A stretch of 64,000 nucleotides of DNA from Octopus sinensis (Eukaryota), in assembly GCF_006345805.1 (NCBI RefSeq), contig NC_043008.1, forward strand, positions 10,168,001 to 10,232,000, written 5' to 3'. The position numbers were made by a program, and so were the translations under genes. The number at the start of each line of letters is the position of its first letter. Positions within the stretch are counted from its first letter, which is position 1. Below the pieces are notes generated by a model. It searched no databases. It was not told the origin of the DNA and was given only the letters and a program-made list of their open reading frames with translations. Positions 57,979 through 64,000 of the stretch are shown in pieces.

Positions 57979-58203
57979 ATGGCTGCTACTATCACACGTG
58001 TGTCTCAACTGATCTGTGTTCCTCTCTTACACAGATCTATCGGCCCGGCTTTCAGAAACTCCTCTCGTTTGCTGTCGTTGTCAGTCACTAACATGGACAA
58101 ATTTCTAATCAACGATTCCAAATATTCTTGGTTAAAAGAATTAGGACTTTCGTCCCATAACCATGGTGTTTATTTTGGCAAGTCTTGGTGCGGCAGTGGC
58201 GAG
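57979..58203 (+). CDS. ALDH7A1: Aldehyde dehydrogenase 7A1 (antiquitin, alpha-aminoadipic semialdehyde dehydrogenase), first coding exon only
   Basis: MDKFLINDSKYSWLKELGLSSHNHGVYFGKSWCGSGE matches the ALDH7A1 N-terminus (LLINQPQYAWLKELGL..N.GVYNGSWGGRGE from memory). It is followed by a gag|gtagga donor. I could not find exon 2 inside the window. Confidence 0.88.
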
Positions 58204-59621
58204 GTAGGATGTTTTAAAAATTATTTTCTGCAGCAGAAAGGGCATTTTTTTCCCTGTCAAACAAAAGCCTCCCTCCTCTTTTGTTCTCCTCATGTTCACA
58301 ATTCCATGCATATAATTCCCGCTTTCTGTTCCCATTTAATTTCGATGTATTAATTAAATATAAATAAATGAAAACTTTATAATGTTATCTTAAAATTAAT
58401 TTTAATCATAATTCTACGGATAAGTTAGGCATTCGAAACAAATATCTAATATGCATGCGTGCGTGTTATGTTTGCAAAAAAGAAAAGAACAACTTAGAAT
58501 ATTTACGTGTCAGCCAGAGAATTAGGTAAAGCATTTCTTTAATTAAGTTCTATAATGAAGTTATTGTTGTAATAGGGTAATGAATGGCAAAGAATTAAAT
58601 AAATAAAAGAAAATCAAAACCAATTTTTTTCCCCAATTATTGAACTAAATAGTATTTGATTTCAATATTAACAACAACAAAAATTGTTGTCCTGGAATAC
58701 AATTGATCAATATGAATAGTATAATGCGAAATTAATTAATATAAGAAATCAGTGTTAAAATCTTTTGAAGTAGTTGGTTCTTCGACGTTGCCTATTTCCT
58801 TATACGTTACATATGTTCTAAATAATTAGTGGTTAGCTTTCGTTATTATTATTATTATTAATCAACATAAAAATCGATTAATTTCAAACATATTGCAACG
58901 TTGTTAAATTCTGTTCGTGGGGGAAGGGTGTTTAAAAAAATAATTTTTTTTTTTTTTTTCATAATCGCATGAATTTCCGGGTGTCGAGCACAAATTCGCA
59001 AAAATTGGCGATCTTCTGAAAATTAAAAAAAATCAAAGTTATGAGGTACTTAAGCAAGTGGCAGAATTCTGGTTTAAGAACTCCGTATAAACTATGATAA
59101 CCTTCGTTTTTTTTTGTTTTGTTTTTTTGCTTGGAATTTTCCGAAAATTTTCCTTTTTACACCCCCACCTCATAAATCCTAAAACTTCTACTCTTTTTCG
59201 ATGTGTTTTAAAAATCAGTGTTCAAAATACAGAAAATTCGAATTATTAGCGTTTTTATTACAAATTAATACATTGGTCTTTAAAGTGTTAATAATAGTTT
59301 GGGCTTTTGGATTCAAGCCCACGCTTCCAGGCCCTGTTATTACAATTCTTCGACAGACTCTAATAAGAGCTAAGTTGTTAACATTATATTCTCAATGATA
59401 ACCTGTATTGATATCTATTCTTATTATCTCCAAGAACATCTCACATAGTTACTGTGATGGAATGATAAAAACAGATCCTCATTAAGCACCTACGTATTTA
59501 CTAAAATTCATCCTTGGATTCGTTACCAGTCATAAACTTGAAGCATGATTTGAATGAATCTCACGACCCCTTTCTCTCTAGTGTTTTTCCCCTCTCTATC
59601 AGACAAATGAATGCAAAGTAG

Positions 59622-59870
59622 GGTACTACTTGAGAACAGTGGTCCCGGTGCGCGCACTCGCGTAGCCGCGCATCCGTGCTAGCTAGTCGTGACTAGTCGA
59701 TCCTACGACGACCTTAGCAAAGTAAATAAAACACAAAAACACAAATAATTTTTTAAACAAAGTAAATAACACACAAAAACACAAAGTAAGGATCAACTAG
59801 TCACGACTAGCTAGCGGGGATGCGCGACTACGCGAGTGCGCGCACCGGAACCACTGTTCTCAAGTAGTAC
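59622..59870. mobile_element. Foldback/MITE with 82-bp TIRs and a 9-10-bp TSD (Mutator-like)
   Basis: 59623-59704 is the reverse complement of the right end with 5 mismatches; tgcaaagtag flanks both sides. Confidence 0.8.
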
Positions 59871-62572
59871 TGCAAAGTAGACTAGTTTATGCTAATCCAA
59901 GAACTTATGCCAAAAATATAGCAAAAATATAGCCTCTGTAATTCCATGTCCTTGTACAAACCCCAAATACAGGTCATCTAAGCTATATACTACCTTGCTT
60001 TAACTTTCCCAACATTTTGAATTATTTAAAAAATTTGCTCCCATTTCAAGTCTCTATGGTTGATCGTCTTTAACTCTTTTGCATTCAGATCACTCTGTCA
60101 AATGTAAGGCTTATTTATTCACCTTATTTGGAAGTAATCATGTTATTATCTTATAGCTTTGAGATGTCGATGATGGGATTGTTTATTTTTAGGATTGTAG
60201 GGTAGGTGTGAGAGGCCAGATCTGGTTTGAGTATAAAACAGAATATCCTGGGCTGGATATAGCCAGTTTAAATGCTAAAGGGTTAAACATCTTTGCCTTT
60301 ATGTTACATGATAATAGTGATACACCAGAAATCATTGTTTCTGCTTATCTTACTAACATAATCTTTTCAACTCTAGGCACAAAACCTGAAATTTCTGGGG
60401 AAGGGGGCCAGTTGATTACATCGACCCCAGTATGCAACTAGTACTTAATTTATCGACCCCTAAAAGGATGAAAGGCAAAGTCAACTTCAGCGGAATTTGA
60501 ACTCGAATGTAAAGACAGATGAAATACCTATTTCTTTACTACCCACAAGGGGCTAAACATAGAGAGGACAAACAAGGACAGACAAATGGATTAAGTCGAT
60601 TATATCGACACCTGTGCCTAACTGGTACTTATTTAATCGACCCTGAAAGGATTAAAGGCAAAGTCAACCTCTGCAGAATTTGAACTCAGAATGTAAAGAC
60701 AGACAAAATACCTCTAAACATTTCGCCTGCCCGGCATGCTAGTGTTTCTACCAGCTTGCTGCCTTATCTTGCTGACATAATAGCTATGTAACTTGATAGC
60801 TTGAAACCTTCAACACTTTAGTAATTATTTTTTACAATGTCCTTATTGTCCTATTTTTTTTTTATTTCCTTAATGGTACTTCTATTGCCTCTACTCTAGG
60901 TAGCTTGTCTCTATTCAACACACATTCTTGCTTCTCTTCAAGAATGTGTTCGTTGCTTTCATTGCCACTTTTACTGAGGCATGGTTTTCTACTGTTGTCT
61001 AACCATTTGTTTCGTACAAACGACAGTATAATTATGTTTATGAATAATTAAAATAGATTTAGAACTAATACTCATATGGTTTGAACAAAATTATATCTCA
61101 ATAAAATAACTATTTGAAGTAGAGTATTTGCTGCCTTATGGCCAGCTGAATAAATCATCATCATCATCATTGTTTAACGTCTGCTTCACATGCTAGCATG
61201 GGTTGGACGATTTGACTGAGGACTGGCGAACCAGATGGCTGCACCAAACTCCAATCTGATCTGGCAGAGTTTCTACAGCTGGATGCCCTTCCTAACGCCA
61301 ACTACTCTGAGAGTGTAGTGGGTGCTTTTACGTGCCACCGGCACAAGGGCCAGTCAGGCGGTACTGGCAACAGCCATGCTCAAATGGTGCTTTTTATGTG
61401 CCACCTGCACAGGAGCCAGTCCAGTGGCACTGGCAACGACCTCACTCGAATGTTTTTTTTTCATGTGCCACCAGCACAAGTGCTAGTGAGGCGACGCAGG
61501 TAACGATCACGCTCGAATGGTGTTTTTAACATGCCATGAATAATTAAAATAGATTTAGAACTAATACTCATGGTTTGAACAAAATTATATCTCAATAAAA
61601 TAACTACTTGACGTTGAGTAGTTGCTGCCTTATGGCCAGATGAATAAATAAAGCTACTAATTTTTATTCCGATAGTGAAGATACGTAAAAAGCACCATCT
61701 GATCGTGGCCATTTGCCAGCCTCGTCTGGCACCTGTGCAGGTGGCACATAAAAAGCACCCACTACACTCACGGAGTGGTTGGCGTTAGGAAGGGCATCCA
61801 GCTGTAGAAGCATTGCCAGATCAGACTGGGCCTGGCGCAGCCCTCTGGTTTCCCAGACCCCAGTTGAACCGTCTAACCCATGCTAGCATGGAAAACGGAC
61901 GTTAAACGATGATGATGATGTGAAGCCATTAGGATTGTAGGGTAGGTGTGAGAGGCCAGATCTGGTTTGTGTATAAAACAGAATACCATCTATGGTAGAA
62001 GACACTTAAAATGTCACAGTGGGGCCTATGCTATGAAACTATTACATGGTTATGAAACAAATTTTGTAACCACAGCTGAGGCTTCTTTTTGTTTCTACTC
62101 AATTTCTTGTTTCCATTTTTCACAGTTTTTTTTAAGAGAAAAAAATAATTAGTAGTCAGAAACAGTATTAATAATATCTAAAGTAATATTTATCACCCCT
62201 TAAAAGTGGATGTTGTGTAAGAACACAGAATACTGCAACAGTTACCATGAGAGAACCTCTCATATGGACTAGTGGTGCACTCTTGTTTATACTGCTAGTG
62301 GGAGATAATCAACCACCACCAGGACTACGAGATCATGTGATTTTGGCCTTGTCAATGATAGATACCCAACAGCTGGAAATGGCAGTGATTTCTCTGCTAG
62401 CAATATACATGAAATCTCAGTGCCAGATTAGGCATTGGTCTTGGTGGCATGCAATAAGCGCCATTCATGTGTGGGTTGTTGCCAGTGCCGCCTGACTGGC
62501 TCCCCGTGCCGGTGACATGTGAAAAAAAAACCATCGAACGTGGTCGATGATGAAGATGAGAAACAGTGTTAA

Positions 62573-62792
62573 CCCTTTAGTGTTTAAACCGGCCATATCC
62601 GGCCCAAATATTCTAAATGTTTTATATTCAAACTGGCGATATCTGGCCTCTCACACCTAACCTACATTGACATTCTTAAAATAAACAATCACATCATTGA
62701 AACCTCAAAGCTATAAGATAATGCATGATTAATTCAAAACAATTTGAGTGAGAATGTATTACATTTAACAGAGTAATTTGAACACTAAAGGG
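62573..62792 (+). mobile_element. piggyBac-like MITE family B (TTAA TSD). Other copies: 41731-41949, about 29808-30030, about 28310-28525, about 30945-31170(-), partial about 60150-60290(-)
   Basis: TTAA|CCCTTTAGTG...CACTAAAGGG|TTAA, 220 bp. Confidence 0.85.
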
Positions 62793-63309
62793 TTAATACC
62801 AAAAGTTCAATATTTATCACCATTTACATTTATGCTTTATGTTTGGTGATCAAAGGTGTAAAGAATTGGGCATTAGTTTTGATGTTTAGGTCACTCTGTC
62901 GGGTGAGATGTAGTCTTCTATCTTGTGCACACTCGTGTGTTTGTATCATCATCATCATCCAGTGTTTAAAATCCAGGTTTCGTCCCCGTTAATGGGAGTG
63001 GCCAGGTCTACCTCAGTTCCATAGCAACTGAGGCAGGCAGGTGCAGCCCACCTCAACCTTTGGGCTTGCTGGTGCCCATTCTCCCTTATTTATCATGAGG
63101 CTTTTTTAGGGGGAGTGGGGCTGGATTTTCTATAGGGAGCATGCCCTTGTTTACCCCCAAGTTCAGATTGTAGACATGAGTGATCCCGAGACCAAGGCCT
63201 CTACTATGATTTTTAAGAAATGTGGTGGAAAACTAGCCCAGAAAAGCAGGGACACTACTCCCTGAGACCCCTTTCAGAGCCCCCCCTCCCATACATACAT
63301 ATATCACGT

Positions 63310-63600
63310 GATCACGTGACCGACCTGACCATCAGATGTTGCTACACATCGCTGGTCACATTGCGTTCGCATTGTTTTTTTAGCCTTCAAATGACATGAC
63401 GCCACCCTGCTGGCTAAGCGAGCAGGTCAACAGAAGAAAGAGTGGTGAAAGAGTACAGCAGGGATCACCACCCCCCTGTTGGAGCCTCGTGGAGCTTTTA
63501 GGTGTTTTCGCTCAATAAACACACACAACGCCCAGTCTGGGAATCAAAACCACGATCCTGCGACCGTGAGTCCGCTGCCCTAACCACTGGGCCATTGCGT
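63310..63600 (-). mobile_element. tRNA-derived SINE family 4; related copy about 39870-40180, 3' fragment about 54632-54742
   Basis: Minus strand tggcccagtggttaggg..ggttttgattccc head; body shared with 54632-54742. Confidence 0.7.
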
Positions 63601-64000
63601 ATACACACACACACGCACACATTGAGATATAGGCAGCTTTTTAAATGCATATATTCCCATTTTAAAGTTTCTGATGCCCCCATAATTAACCGTCTCCCAT
63701 ACATTATGTTTCTTAATATATTCTTGATGTATTCTTATCTTTGTAGAGTGAAACTTAAGTCTGTCATTATTGTTAATATATTATAATTTATTACTGGCTG
63801 GTTTGCATGCCACTCCTTCTCCTGCCCCTCTCACTCCCCTTCAGTTCTTATCTGATTTCCTTCTGCACTGCTGTTTGTCCTTGATCTATTTAAGAAGCTG
63901 AAAAAGAGAAGGGCAGTGAAAATGTGTATGTGGTTGCTTAATCTGCTAGGAATAGCAGCTAAATCTTCCTCAAATCACACACTACTGTCTGAAGATCCCC

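Noticed and set aside
63500-63600. tRNA gene-like sequence (also at about 20085-20380, 7495-7560 and 40100-40175)
   Set aside because: A and B boxes run directly into SINE bodies and no complete cloverleaf is supported.
58204-64000. ALDH7A1 exon 2 (expected to resemble VITTYCPANNEPIARV)
   Set aside because: I found no matching frame with splice sites; it probably lies beyond the window.

Overview
Eukaryotic, intron-rich, AT-rich genomic DNA. The SINE, LINE and microsatellite content suggests a coleoid cephalopod such as Octopus (inference only). I assembled three protein-coding genes by hand from GT-AG sites with consistent reading phase. NSUN5 is complete (- strand, 8 coding exons, 12855->2873, 444 aa). 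SNX25 is complete (- strand, 22 coding exons, 52566->19224, 944 aa, TM-PXA-RGS-PX-Nexin_C). ALDH7A1/antiquitin is represented only by its first coding exon (+ strand, 57979-58203), head-to-head with SNX25. Almost all ORFs in the supplied track are microsatellite or repeat artefacts. Introns and intergenic DNA are packed with tRNA-derived SINEs, 5'-truncated RTE, CR1 and R4-like LINEs, and mariner, maT, piggyBac-, Merlin- and Mutator-like DNA elements. The most notable unannotated signal is seven minimal type-I hammerhead ribozyme motifs from five sequence families, of the kind carried by Penelope-like retroelements; each copy has at least one substitution. Other notable signals are a CpG-rich 249-bp foldback element, recurrent fixed-junction SINE dimers, and a CpG-decay gradient that marks the promoters. 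Coordinates were counted by hand and repeat boundaries are approximate. No database searches were run.
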